The notes under the pieces were generated by a model. It searched no databases, was not told the origin of the DNA, and saw only the letters and a program-made list of their open reading frames with translations. Position numbers and translations under genes: made by a program. Positions 1-12,952 of a stretch of 64,000 nucleotides of DNA are shown piece after piece. The stretch lies in contig OX597817.1 of NCBI GenBank assembly GCA_951406725.2, forward strand, positions 133,486,001 to 133,550,000, given 5' to 3'. The first letter of the stretch is position 1. Each line of letters begins with the position of its first letter. The DNA is from Octopus vulgaris. Its lineage: Eukaryota.

Positions 1-399
1 CCTGTGTAAATATTAAAGACTTTCAAATTTAACCTTCCCATTATATTAAATGCAATCCTAAGAACTTGAAAGTAATGGTGACCTGCACCAACAAGGGTTA
101 CTTCATTATAAAATTTTACTTCTAACTTAATAACTTGATGCATAAACAGCTATGCAATTAAATTATATTGTAAGTTATGGTCTGCTTTCATTCTAACAGC
201 ATGTTCTTGCATGCCTTAAGAGACATTTCAAAAGATTAACAATTGGAAGGGCATATTACCATAAAAAAAGAAATGCTTCAGAGAAACATCTAATCCATGC
301 CTACAACGAAAAGTAGAAAACACTGATGATGATGTTGAGTTTGCAATGTACAGTATCTAAACAGTGCTTACAAGAGTTCATTAGATGTTATTTGATTTG

Positions 400-1690
400 C
401 CAAATGATTGATAAGAGTAATGATTCCAGCAAATTCGTTGGACTTAGTCAATAAAATCTGAAAGCAGTTGCTTTGTTTGCTTGTTGTATGTTAACATATA
501 AGTGAATTTTGCTAGTTGTCTTTGCAATTGCAACTAGAAGAAATCTTGAAAAGTAGGGAATGTTATCTTGTTATTGAAATCTAATGCCTGTAGTTTCACA
601 GATTACCACTCATACTTTTTTAAACCCTAGACATATCAAAAGATTCATTAAAGCATTTGAGCTGTGAATATTTTCTTTTATTCAAAACAACGATGCATTT
701 TGTGGTGATGGATAGTTTCTTGTAAGTTTGAAAACATTTGTATCAATGATATCCTTCTATAATCAATAAATGTATGCTATCACTATTGTCATGATATCAA
801 GCAAGATTCATAAAATTGTTCTTAACTGTATCGCGTTGATATTTCACTTGCTGGTAAATTGATGTGAAATATTTTTCTTCTACTTTTTCTTTTTAATTAT
901 ATGCAACTCAATGCAAAATATTCACTCTTGTAGCACTTATTACGTTCTTTTTGTTTTGCTGATCATGAAAGATTTCAAAAGCTATATTGTTGAGTCGCAA
1001 ACAAGAAAACTTAATTTTTATATATCTACTTCGCCAGATTGATTTCCACCAACTTCCATTGTTCTTCATATTCCTTTACACATTTTTCAAGCATCTACAC
1101 GTGATCAGATGCCAATTCAAGTGCTTGTGGAGTTTTGAGTAACTTAATTTATTAGCTCTGACGGCCATAGATTGTTTTGTCTGTTTTCTAAATAAATTGA
1201 TCAACTACTGAAAATTCTGTACTACACTTGTCAAAGTCACAATAAGTGTCTAAAGCTCTTAATCTTGTCAAAAAGATATTTGATAATTCATTGGGTTTTG
1301 AGGCATACCAGAGAGCTATTTTTCAAATGTAAGGTACTTTTTGCGATACTTGCTGTCACCTCTAACAACACCCACTCCTACACAGAAAATAGCAGCCTTC
1401 GTTCTTCTCTCACCTTCCACAGCCAAGTGTAATCCACATGCAACCTACACACTTCATAACAAATCTGTACTGACTTCAGAAACAAAGATCTTAAAAATAT
1501 CCTGCAGTGGAGCTGTGCCAATCTTTTTCCATCAACAGGAAAAAAAGAAAAATCTGTCACTTCACATATCAAGAAAGCATTATCACACCTCATTCTCCTT
1601 AAACACAAGCAACACACTACTAGCACCCTTATTTCAGTTGTATAGCTTCAAGTTGAATTAAACAGCTTCAGTTAAATTCAAATAATTAGC
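400..1690 (-). mobile_element. Degraded Gypsy (Ty3) LTR-retrotransposon gag-protease remnant
   Basis: Manual minus-strand translation gives broken gag-like motifs LQDIFKI and KPNELSNIFLTRLRALDTYCDFDKCSTEFSVVDQFI (cf. E..F.TRLR.LA..CDF...IDQFI), then protease-like IIDTNVFKL; many stops and frameshifts. Confidence 0.6.
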
Positions 1691-1693
1691 TTC

Positions 1694-1994
1694 TGTTGTG
1701 GTGAGAGTCACAACACCCCCTGAGAGAATGGACTTAACCAAACGACTATAAATAGTAGTGGTCTGAGTGACAGAGAGAAAGAGAGAGTAGGTGTTAATCG
1801 CAGGAAGTCATAAGGTGTCGTTTTGGTAGTTTGTGGAATATCGCTTGTTGGTTTGTGTATAGTTCATGGAGAGTTTGTTGGATTGTTATGTTGTTGTTAC
1901 CTTGCTTTGTTCTATATTTTATTGTTACTACACAGTTATAGTGTAAACAAATATTGTCATAAATAGTGGCGATACTACAATGATTGGCAATGAG
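1694..1994 (+). mobile_element. Putative LTR (1694-1979) with primer-binding site (1985-1994)
   Basis: TGTTGT...ACTACA termini, TATAAATA near 1747, followed by TGGCAATGAG, which is the CpG-decayed form of the Gypsy PBS TGGCGACGAG. Confidence 0.5.
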
Positions 1995-2329
1995 TAACTA
2001 CATTACAATAGCTTCAAATGCTAGACTTAAATATTATAATTGAGCATTTCTTTCAACAAATGCACATCCTTAATATATCAAACACTAACTTTTCTCTTCA
2101 TAGCCTGAAAATTCTTCAGAACCTTTCAACTACTAACCTTCCCTAAAGCTCTAGTAAAGATCCACTGTGGAGTTTGACATCTAGGAGGGTAATGGTACTA
2201 CACACAGACATCCTAGACTGCCTGTAGAGAAAGCCATTAAACTGGTTGGCTCACAAACACACTCTAAGCTCTACAGTCTCCTATGTCGTTTCTACCATTA
2301 CAACAAAAGGCCTTGCTCTTTGGAGCTGC

Positions 2330-2680
2330 TTGTGATTTTTGTCACAAGCTCTCCTAACTCAGTAGCTTCTCCTCTTCTCATCATCCAAATTATGTCCTCC
2401 CCAGACCTAACTACTATACATACTCTTTTGTCCTGAAACTCCCTCATTGTACATGACCCTACAAATATCAACCAACAACAGTTTAAGCAGAACATAAATG
2501 GTATACGTTTCACCAGTCATGGACACATCTTCCTCAAAACTAGCTCTCACTGCACATGCAACTCTGTGTTGCCGTCTGTTGGCATGCCTCAGAACTAGTC
2601 CAGGATATTTTGATACCACTTTGTAAAGGCACAATCCTCCAGTCCCCATTGGTGGAAGTCATGCATTATAGCAACACTGA
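2330..2680 (+). mobile_element. Very old Penelope-like GIY-YIG endonuclease remnant
   Basis: Fragmentary similarity to the F.I.G.F.C.TS...RL..RL.E.VQDI...PV..H pattern of PLE endonucleases; heavily decayed. Confidence 0.35.
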
Positions 2681-3792
2681 TCAAATTTAGATCAGTACAG
2701 TATTATGTGAGATCGTTCATGAGAGATAATGCAACAAAACAAGTAGAATGACCAAAATAAGTGTAATGTGTATGCTCACCATATCCTGTAGGAGACTAAA
2801 TGTAAATTAACATTAAGCATGTTCTGCTTCATTAGGATGCTATGAGTATGCATATATTGCTTTTATTTTTACTTTTATATTTCTTTCAGAAAAATCACTG
2901 AATTAAATATGTACCAGTAATCAACTTCTTTCTTCATTGATGATTGTGTATATAACATATGAAACTTTAATATCTCAATGAAAGGGTTCTCAGGCAGATA
3001 TATATTTTAATATCTGTACATATAAGTTATGTTGTTTTTGGTATTTCTAAATGTTTAAGGTTTCAATAATGGACTTCAGCATAAATTCTACTTATAAGGA
3101 ATTGGTCAACAGAAACTATGAAAAAGAAACTTGCCAAGATTTACTACTACACAGCTATATGAAGTTAGGAGAGTTGGCATTTAAATTCTGCACAAAATTC
3201 GCATTAGACTGATTTTGTATGCCCTGGGATTTTGCTTGAATCACACAAGAATGACTTCATTGTGAAAAATGGACAATTATATTTGTTTGTACAAGTGTTG
3301 ATAAAAATATGATATATATGATGTATGATATTTAATTCAAGAAGTTAGTCTTTTTTTCATTATCCAATATAAACAGGATACTAACTTAACAGTGGCCCTC
3401 TAGAAGTTAGTAAACATCTTGTGTTCTTCTTATGTGCAGTAGGGTTGAAAGCAAAAGATTTAAAACAATTGTGTTGTGTTGAGATCTAACCATTCACAAG
3501 AATTAAAGAACAGTGGTTATAGGATCAGCAGTCTGACACTCAGATGAATGCCATACAGAAGAAATTTAGCTTCTAGAAGGTTGATTGTATGACCCTGTTT
3601 CAGTTGCCAGTTATGAATATTTAAGTTCTTTATTCTGGAAAATGTATAAATATCACAGCACTCACTTTTTCCTTCTCCTGGAAACTCAATATATCTACTT
3701 AATCACTTATTGATAGATAGCATTGATTATCAGTATTCAAACATTTATTTTGTATTTAACCATTTACTTCATTTCATGTTTCTGAAAGAATT

Positions 3793-3876
3793 TATATATA
3801 CATACATATATATATATTATAATGTGTATATATATATATATATATTATAATGTGTATATATATATATATATATATA

Positions 3877-3934
<58 letters not shown>

Positions 3935-3988
3935 GTGTGTATATATATATATATATTATAATGTGTGTATATATATATATATATTATA

Positions 3989-4031
<43 letters not shown>
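3793..4031. repeat. (TA)n microsatellite with higher-order TTATAATGTGT interruptions
   Basis: Direct reading of the sequence. Confidence 0.95.
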
Positions 4032-4034
<3 letters not shown>

Positions 4035-5087
4035 ATGTCTGTAATAACTGTTTTGAATAACAAATGGTTTCTTCATAACAAAGTTATAAGTTGTTGAAGA
4101 TGTGATGTTAAAGTGCTGTATTGACTGATGCTATATTCATGTCTAACTTCAACTTCTTTCAATATCTAGCTGAAAGATCAGTCCAATCTTCTTTCAGAAA
4201 TCAAATATTTGGTGATAGGAAATGATCTAAAATACCTTCTTCAGCAATTTACACAAATATCTGAATTTGTGGAATAGTTCGACTATGTTAAGATGAAATA
4301 CAAGATGGAAAATTGTTGAAAATTAAAGAAAGAAATATAATGCAAACTATTTTATAGTAAGAGTAAATATAAAGTTGGACAAGAACAAGTTAGAGATGGT
4401 ATTGGAGGTGAAGAACATCATCATCATCATCATGACAACAATGACAATGATTTCTAATATAGGCAAGTTGGGAGTAGAATTTGGTAAATGGAATCTATGC
4501 AGATACATGTTATGTGTGTAATTTTTTTCACTGGTATGCCAAATATACTTTTTTTATGTAATACCTTAAACTTAGCAATTGAATTTTTTTTAATCATTGA
4601 TAAACTATGTATCAGAGTATTGGGTTGATGTGATCCATTAAATTCCTTGAAGTTGGTGCACAAGCATAGCCATAAATCAGGGACAGAAACCAGTAAAACA
4701 ATAGCAGATGGCCACAAATTTTGATGGAAGCTGTATCATTAGTTTTGTCACAAACACTTTACTGGTACTTATCTTATAAACCTCAAAAGGATGAGAAACT
4801 AAGTCTGCCTTAGAAGGTTTTTAAAAAAGAAAGGGACATCACTGAATATTGCTGGTCATTTTTTCATCATTGTACTGATTATGCTACTCTCTTGTAATAA
4901 TAATAATGGTTTCAAACAAATGCATAACAAAAACACCAGGACTAACAAGTATATATAAGATACAGAAAATAACACTACTAGGCACCGCACACATCCTGTG
5001 TAAAACACTTTCAATACAGCACATACCGAAAAGCACACAGAGCTGCACTCAGTAGTGCAGTGAAAACATGTGAAAAAATAAGACTGT

Positions 5088-5143
<56 letters not shown>

Positions 5144-5154
5144 TATGATGGGCT

Positions 5155-5446
5155 CTCCTGTCAAAGATGATGTATGAGTGTTTAGCTTTTGCCAAACGAC
5201 CTGCACAAATAATTTGTTTATAGTGATCAAATGTTCATGTTACACATTAGCTCACATTCTCCATCAAATTGACATTTCCTGAACTGGTGCATAGTGTACC
5301 ACATGTCAGGTGTCAAAGGGATTGTAGAGCAATGTGAGATGAAGTGCTTTGCTCAAGAACACAATGCACCACCCGGTCTAGGAATTGAAACCATGATGTT
5401 ACAATCTTGAGTGCAACACCTTAACTACTAGATCATGCATCCTCAC
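5155..5446 (-). mobile_element. tRNA-derived SINE with CORE-like central segment
   Basis: Minus strand shows A/B-box-like head (CTAGTAGTTAAGG ... GGTTTCAATTCC), then TGTGTTCTTGAGCAAAGCACTTCATCTC resembling the CORE domain; flanked by (TAA)n. Confidence 0.65.
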
Positions 5447-5502
5447 AAATAATAATAATTATAATAATAATAATAATAGTAATGATAATGATAATAATAA
5501 TA

Positions 5503-6087
5503 AATGCCCTAATGCAGTACCGGGCAGTGGCTCTCATGGCTTCTGATCTTAACTGATTGTGTTATCATGTACATTGTTTTGTCTTGGTATAAAAGATGGG
5601 CTACAGCAAATATTCTGCTCAATACCACAGATTTGCTTGTCAGATATTTGACCTTCATCAGTTGAGCATGTCTCTTAGTGGCTGATGATATGTGCATCTC
5701 TGATCACGAGCAGAAATAGTGAGGGAGCATCATAGCTGTGTATTGAAAGGAATTCTTAGAGGTTTGGATAATTCACCTTTGGAAACATGGGTGGTTCGTT
5801 CAACATCCTTAAAAAATCCTTATTCAAGGACCTCTTGACCGGGATGTGCTACTCGACCTGAAGAAAATTCTAACTGAGCCCCCACCTGTAAGGTCATGTG
5901 TTGTTTATCTTGATATGAGATCACCATGTCGCACACATATGGTTGTGATGCATATGCCTAGTGTATCCTTATAAGATACATGATGGAATTTAATGGATCA
6001 CATCAGCCCAATACTCATGATGGGTATATTGGGCTTTGTATATTTTATCTTACTGTCACATTGATGGCATGCACTGCTTTCTCACTC
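5503..6087. repeat. Unclassified interspersed repeat embedded in (TAA)n array
   Basis: GC-richer block with sharp edges between two TAA arrays; recognised as an octopus-type repeat but only one copy in this window. Confidence 0.35.
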
Positions 6088-6139
6088 AATAATAATAATG
6101 ATAAAAATAATAATAATGATAACAACAACAACAATAACA

Positions 6140-7460
6140 ATGAAGCAATTCAGAAAGACTGATTTTGGCTGTGAGAGGAGAGGAAAAATGAAAGAAGTTG
6201 TGGAGACAGTAATAGAATACAGGAAAAGAAGAAAACAGGAGCAAGAAAGAAACATCTGGTGAAAAGAGTGACACAGTCAGCATCTCAGACAAATGTAGGA
6301 CTTAGCAGTTGAGAAGTTTTGGTTATGGTTGAAGAATGGAGACCTTAAGAAAGAAATGAAAGGACTCACAATGGCTGCTCAAAACCAGTTATTATGGTCA
6401 AATCCACAAAAAGTACCAAGTGCAGAGTATGTAATGAGAAAGAGAAATCTATTATGTACATAATAAGTTCCTGTAATCCTTTTACACATATATCGAACCT
6501 CATCCGACGACAGGCACCTATGCCAACCCCCCTTTGCTTGCGAAGACCTGTTGGGGCAAGTGAAATCGAAATCAGAATCGAAATTGAACCAATCCTATGA
6601 CTGGCACCCGGCAGATGCCAGGACCCCTGGACTGGAGATACGTTAAAAGCACTATCCGAATCGTGGCCGATGCCAGTGCCGCCTTGACTGGCTTCCGTGT
6701 CGGTGGCACGTAAAATGCACCAATCCGACCGTGGCCAATGCCAGCCTCGCCTGGCTCCAGTGCAGGTGGCATGTAAAAAGCACCCACTACACTCATGGAG
6801 TGGTTGGCGTTAGGAAGGGCATCCAGCTGTAGAAACATTGCCAGATAAGACCGGAGCCTGGTGCAGCCTTCTGGCTTCCCAGATCCCCAGTCGAACAGTC
6901 CAACCCATGCTAGCATGGAGAACGGATGTTAAACGATAATGATGATGATGATGAGAACATAGATGCAGACATGGACTGTGTGACCAAGGCACTACCTGGG
7001 ACATATTACTGCACAGGGGATTTGAAGTAGGAAGAAAATGTTATGAACATCAACCAAAAAGTGTAATAGAGAATAACCAGTATAAGGTTTTATGGATTTT
7101 AATGCGCAGGCAGATGATTGCAAAATTCATGCCAGCTGACCAGATTTTACAATTCTGGACAAGGGAAAAAGGAATGCATCATCATAGATACAGCTACATC
7201 TGTGGGCATGAATGTAGTGGTCAAAGAACAGGAGAAAATACAAAAATACCAGGATTTGACTAAAAAAATACTTTCTACAAAAGTAATCCCAGTTGTTCTA
7301 GGTGTCCTTGGTACTGTCACCAACAGACTTAACAGTTATTGAGATTGGTGTAACTACCAGAGTTGCATTAATTGAGAAATCTCCTTGATATCTAAGAAAA
7401 CTGGTTGTAACCCAATACCAAAAACACTGATTCCAAATGTAAAACATTCATTTACACCAT
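6140..7460 (+). mobile_element. R4/Dong-like non-LTR retrotransposon 3' remnant (CCHC knuckle and restriction-like endonuclease), interrupted by an RTE fragment
   Basis: WLWLKNGDLKKEMKGLTMAAQNQ, KCRVCNEKEKSIMYIISSC, YEHQPKSVIENNQYKVLW, PDF...KKECIIID...KEQEKIQKYQDL...KVIPVVLGVLGTV; begins next to a (TAA)n/(CAA)n tract and ends in a TAA-rich tail. Confidence 0.8.
6493..6953 (+). mobile_element. 5'-truncated RTE LINE 3' UTR fragment
   Basis: Ends CCAACCCATGCTAGCATGG...GTTAAACGAT(GAT)n, the same 3' end as the RT-bearing copy at 16057-18275. Confidence 0.85.
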
Positions 7461-8699
7461 GTACAATAATAGTAATGATAATTATAAGAATTTCTCTTCA
7501 CATTGGCACAAGGCCACAAATTTAGCAGAGTAAGCTAGTCAGATTCAGTGACTTCAGTAATTCTCTGGCACTTATTATGTCAAGTCTAGAAGGAATAATG
7601 ACAAAGTCAGCCTCATCAGGATTTGAACTTGGAACACAGGGGGACATAAATAAATACGGCAATGTATTATTTTTCTATCCCTGTATTCTGCCAATCAATC
7701 TTAATAATAATGATTTGCAAACATAGGTACAACATTACTGGATTTTAGGAAGAATATAGTCAATTAAGTCTAACATAATGTTTGACCTATATGTATTTTA
7801 TCATCCCTAGTACGATGGAAAGTAAAACTGATCCTGTTGGGATTTAACATCTGAACATAGAAAGACACTACTAAATACCACTGTTTTAAATGGTGTAGCA
7901 GTGATTCAGTTATTCACCACACTCATAGTACACTCAACCATTCATACATATAGTCTTGCAAAATAAGTTTTCTTGTTAAATGAAATGCAAATTATACCAA
8001 TAACATTTATAACAGAACTCACACATTCATTTGGCTGTAGAGAAAGCTCTCCAATGAATATTATAGAAATTATTACTGATTTTAATGCATGTTAAATTCT
8101 CATTTCAATTTATTCTCAAATTAATTTTTATAAAATCAATAAAAATTGCAATTGTTAATACAATTGCATCAAATATTCAAATTTGATTTAAAGCTAAACA
8201 CTGAAATTTGCAATGAAATTAAAATATTTGAATTTAACTACACTAAGCTTGTCTTAGGTATGTAGCTCGAATCAAATTAGTACTCAAGGCATGTTTCAAA
8301 ATCTAAAATAAAATTCAAAAGCTAAATTAAGATTTATGTCTAATGGATATATTTTAGAATAATTAGTATAATGATGATGATGTTGATATTGCTACTGCTG
8401 CTAATGATGATAATGATTTTTGTTCTTGTATTAGGCCATAAATTTATCAGAAGAATTCAATTGATTGAGTCAACTAAGGTATACATCTGGTTCTAGTTTT
8501 GTGGAACCTGGAGGTATGAAGAGCAAAATCAATTCGAGCTCAGAATAGAAATATAGTTGGATATAACAGGTGCCTTCCACCCTAAGAGTAACAGTGATAA
8601 TAACAATAATAAAAAGGATAATCATTATGTTGTTTACATTCCCCCTCTTTACAAATCTGTGACTCTGTACAAGTGACAGTTTTAATGAATTATGATGAT

Positions 8700-9826
8700 T
8701 GATTGCATTACTCTGCAAACTGAGTTCAAATCTTGTCACTAGCATCTTTGCCTTTCATCCTTTTAGCGTCAATGAAATGGCTGTCCATCAAATGCTGTTC
8801 TCAATTTAATTGATTTCTTTTTCACCTAAGATTTTGGCTTTGTGTTTCTTGAGAAATTCATTGATGTAAGAAATCATCATCATCATCATTATCATTATCT
8901 AGGCTAGCAGAATCGTTAGACCATTGGAAAAAATGCTTTGTGGTATTTGTTTAATTTCTTTACATTCTGAGTTCATATCCCACTAAGGTCAATTTTACCT
9001 TACATTCCTGCAGGGTCAATAAAATAAGGTAGCAGCCAAGAACTCGGATCGATGTAATTGACTAACCCCACCCACTAAATTTGCTAGCCTTGTGCCAAAA
9101 TTTGAAATGATTATTATTATTTCCATTTTACTTCTCAGAGCTCTTGATTTTCTTGCTCTGATTAATTCTGTAATAAAGGATAGCAATCTGCTGTCAAAGG
9201 TCTCACAAGATCTCTTTCCATAATACTTAACACCCAAGTATCAATCTTAAAATCCTCACTATTATTATTGCTTAATTTATCAACTTCCACTTTCCTCCTT
9301 TTGGGGTTAATAAATTAAGTACGAGTGAAACACTGGGGGTCAGTGTAATTGATTAGTTCCCTCCCACCAAATTTCAGGCCTTGTGCTTTTAGTAGAAAGG
9401 ATTATTACTATGATTAAGGTGGTAAGCTGGCAGAAGCATTAGCATGCCAGGCAAAATGCTTAGTGGCATTTCATCTGTCTTAACATTCTGAGTTCAAATT
9501 CTCTCAGGGATGACTTTGCCTTTCATCCTTTTGGGATCAGTAGTATAAGTACCAGTTGAGCACAAGGGTTGATGTAACTCACTTACCTCCTCCCTCAAAA
9601 TTGCTGGCCTTGTACCAAAATCTGAAACCATTATTATTATTAATATCATTAAAGTGGCAAGCTAACAGAATTGTTAGCCTGCTAAACAAAATATTTAGCA
9701 GCATTTCATTGGTCTTTAATATCTGAGTTCAAATTTTTCCAAGGTCAGCTTTGCCTTTCATTCTTTCTGGGTCAATAGAATAGGTACCAGTTGAGTACCC
9801 CAGTCAAAATTTCAGGCAGAAAGGAT
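8700..9826 (+). mobile_element. Cluster of 4-5 tRNA-derived SINE copies in the same orientation
   Basis: Repeated GCTGGCAGAA..GTTAGC...CTGAGTTCAAAT...GACTTTGCCTTTCATCCTTT..GGGTC.ATA..ATAAGTACCAG units separated by ATT-rich tails. Confidence 0.8.
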
Positions 9827-10999
9827 TATTATCATCATCATCTTTGTTGTATTGACAAACGGAATACTTATTCTGATATCCACTGTGATTGGGATCATCT
9901 TTCTTTTATGCATTTTTGCTTGTTTGGACATGAGTTAGATGGGATGGTTTCATTTAATATTATGTTCGTCTTGATTAAGCAGTTCTATAACAAAAGGCAT
10001 CCCATCCATGATAATGATAATTGCATTTGAGGTCATCTAAGATACATTATCTAATTTGTCTACCTTTTTTGTAGATGGTCAGGTGTAACTGGACATATAT
10101 TTGGCGATTACTTAGAGGCTGTACCATTGTAATATATCAGTTATATGGTTGATTATTAATGATGAGAATTACACTGATATCTAGACATAACAATTTTCTT
10201 TTCACACCTTTTTCCCAGTAAATGTTTACATTAATTTGTTAGATAACTTACTTTTAGTAATGCTTCAGTCTTGCCAGAAGTACTGTGGTTTGAACATACT
10301 AAAGAGCTTAAATATCTCCAACTCTGCATTCCATAATGCATTGGGTTGCTAGTCTACAATTAAAAACCTGAGCTTCAGGTAGTATTTCTCAAGATATTTA
10401 GCTCAGTGGAGTATGCCTATAAGAGGAGTTGAGTCTTTTGGGTATGGAATAATGTTAATCATGTGACAGAAAACAACCTTTCTGCTGATCATTGTACCTG
10501 ATTATGATTATTTAATGAATGCATTTATTATTGGTGATTCATCACCTCAACTTATTCATTCATAATTACTATGGGAGAGATCCATCTTGTAATTACGCCA
10601 TTTCAGAATTATAATCGCAGAAGTCTGCACTACAATAGAGGTTTCACATATAAACGTAAGCAATCACAGACTTTTAGATTACTGAGGACATGATTCATTA
10701 TACAAATAAATCTATCATTAACTGTATCAATGACCTGTCAACTAAACAAGAATGTTTATGATTACCACTGACAATATATATATATGTATTCATGTACATA
10801 CATATTCTTCCCGCACTATGCTTTTCTCTCCCCCACCCTATCCTGCCACCCAACTCTGCTCTGTCATCGCTCTCTCTCTCTCTCTCTCCAACTGGGATAA
10901 CAATGTATCTCCTCTACAACAAGACACCTGTTTCTGTCCCTCTATACATACTCTAACCTAACACAAACTCCCTCCTTCATCACCACTCTCCTGTCACCA

Positions 11000-11195
11000 T
11001 TACAGCTTCCATATAAAATGCACCCATTCCACTCTGTAAAGTAATTGGCATTGGGAAAGACATCCAACTGCAAAAACTATGCCAAAGCAGACAGTGGGAG
11101 TTGGTGCAGTTCCTAGGCTTACCAGTTGCTGTTAAACCATCCAACCCTCTTGGAAGACAGACTTTAAATGGTGGTGGCAGTGGTGGTGGTGGTGG
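11000..11195 (+). mobile_element. RTE 3' UTR fragment (diverged)
   Basis: AAAATGCACCC...TTGGCATTGGGAAAGACATCCAACTG...CCATCCAACCC; same family as 6493-6953. Confidence 0.7.
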
Positions 11196-11697
11196 CATTT
11201 GGCGTCAGCGTTGTTGTTTGTGTGTGTGCATGTGGGTGAAGGCAAGGTAATGCCATAATTTTTTTGCTGGGTGTCTGAATATGTTGGAGTAAAGAGAGGA
11301 AGCCATGTGAAACGTTTTATGAATATTTGGTATACAGGGGATTCGCTAAAAGTCAACCTTGGCCTGATGGTGATTTTACGCAGAATGCAGGATTAGATCT
11401 CTCTCCTAAGATCTATATCAGTCTATTTGATGGGCTTCAACACAGATTTTGCCTTCAAAATTTTACTCAAGATTTGAGTTGATCCGAGCCTATGGTAGAT
11501 TATACTTGGTGCTGCACTATGTTATGAAACCCTGAAAGATGGTGTTGCAAGGCAAAATTCTGAATCACATGACCATGCTTGAATTTATTTACATATAGTT
11601 TTTATGAAAGGTCATCTGTGGTTGTAAATCTTATAACAAATATAACTTGTAATCTGTGTGGCATTAAAGGTACTTGCTATTAACATTAATATCTGGG

Positions 11698-11886
11698 ACA
11701 GGTGGTGAGCTGGCAGAATCGTTAGCACACTAGGCAAGATGCTTAGCAGCATTTCATCTGTCCTTATATTCTGAGTTCAAATTCTACTAAGTTTGACTTT
11801 GCCTTTCGTCCTTTTGAGGTCAATAAATTAAATACCAGTTGAATACTGGGATTGATGTAATCAACTTAATCTAATTTTGAAACCAA
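11698..11886 (+). mobile_element. tRNA-derived SINE (family of 8700-9826)
   Basis: GGTGGTGAGCTGGCAGAATCGTTAGCAC...CTGAGTTCAAATTC...GACTTTGCCTTTCGTCC. Confidence 0.8.
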
Positions 11887-12396
11887 TATTTATAACTTGA
11901 AAGCTATTACTTCAGGTACAAATATTTGAAGATGAAAAGTGTTATTCAGAACGTATTCAATTAAAGAATGATCTGTTTCCACAAGGGAAAGCATAATCCC
12001 CAGAAGAATAGAACATGCACATCTTTTATTTGCATGCATTTTGGTAAACACTACTTATTTCACAAAGGGTTTTTCAACCACAGATTTTGTTCCACATAAT
12101 CTTCTGAGGTTGAATGTTGCTACTGACAGATTACATGCATATATCTGCAATTAATGGGAGGAAGATTCATCACATCTCTATTTGGCAATTACTACAAAAA
12201 GAGACATCATTTTGTCAGAGCTTTGTTGTAGAAGTATTCAGTTAAGTTTTGAACACTGTATTTCCAAAAATTTCACCTCTGAGTCATTCATGGCTTTTTG
12301 TAGCCAATACTCTCCTCACTGACTGCTGGTACTCTGGAAATCACTTCTGTCATAAGTGATCTCTTAAGAATTACACTGTCACATGTACAAAATATG

Positions 12397-12665
12397 TGGT
12401 GCCACATAAAAAGCAGTGGAATCAGTGCCACATAAACAGCACTTATGCTGGTGCTATGTAAAAAGCACTAGTGCTGGTGACACATAAAAAAAGCACCTAG
12501 TACACATTTTAAAGTGGTTGGCATTAACAAGGGCATCAAGCTGTAGAAATCATACCAAAACAGACAATGAAACCTGGTGCACTGCCTGGCCTTGCCACCT
12601 CCTGTCAAACTGTCCACCCCATACCAGCAAGGAAAATGGACATTAAACGATGATGCTGATGCTGA
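12397..12665 (+). mobile_element. RTE 3' UTR fragment with four GTGCCACATAAAAAGCA-type units
   Basis: Same 3' terminus (GGACATTAAACGATGATG) as other copies. Confidence 0.75.
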
Positions 12666-12952
12666 CTGGAAATGTTAAAAGATTTTCATGAAAAATAAAA
12701 TTTTATCACCAAATTAAGTAAAACAAAGATCTTATCATAATAAACCATTCTTCATAAGCAATTTCAAAGTGGGCTGGAATATAATTCCTCTTTCCCCCCC
12801 CCCCTCCACATTGGCTGGTCATTAATAGAAACTGGAAACAGCTTACTTAATCTACCAAGATTCTCTGTACAAAATACCACTTCATTTTCCATATTTCCAT
12901 TTCTTTCTTATGCTTTTTTGCCTTCAAATTTCTTCAGAACTCAGAGCATAAT

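Noticed and set aside
1341-1661. 106-aa plus-strand ORF
   Set aside because: Antisense shadow of the decayed Gypsy gag
12397-12500. CRISPR-like repeated GTGCCACATAAAAAGCA units
   Set aside because: Internal units of the RTE 3' UTR; irregular short spacers, no cas genes, eukaryotic context
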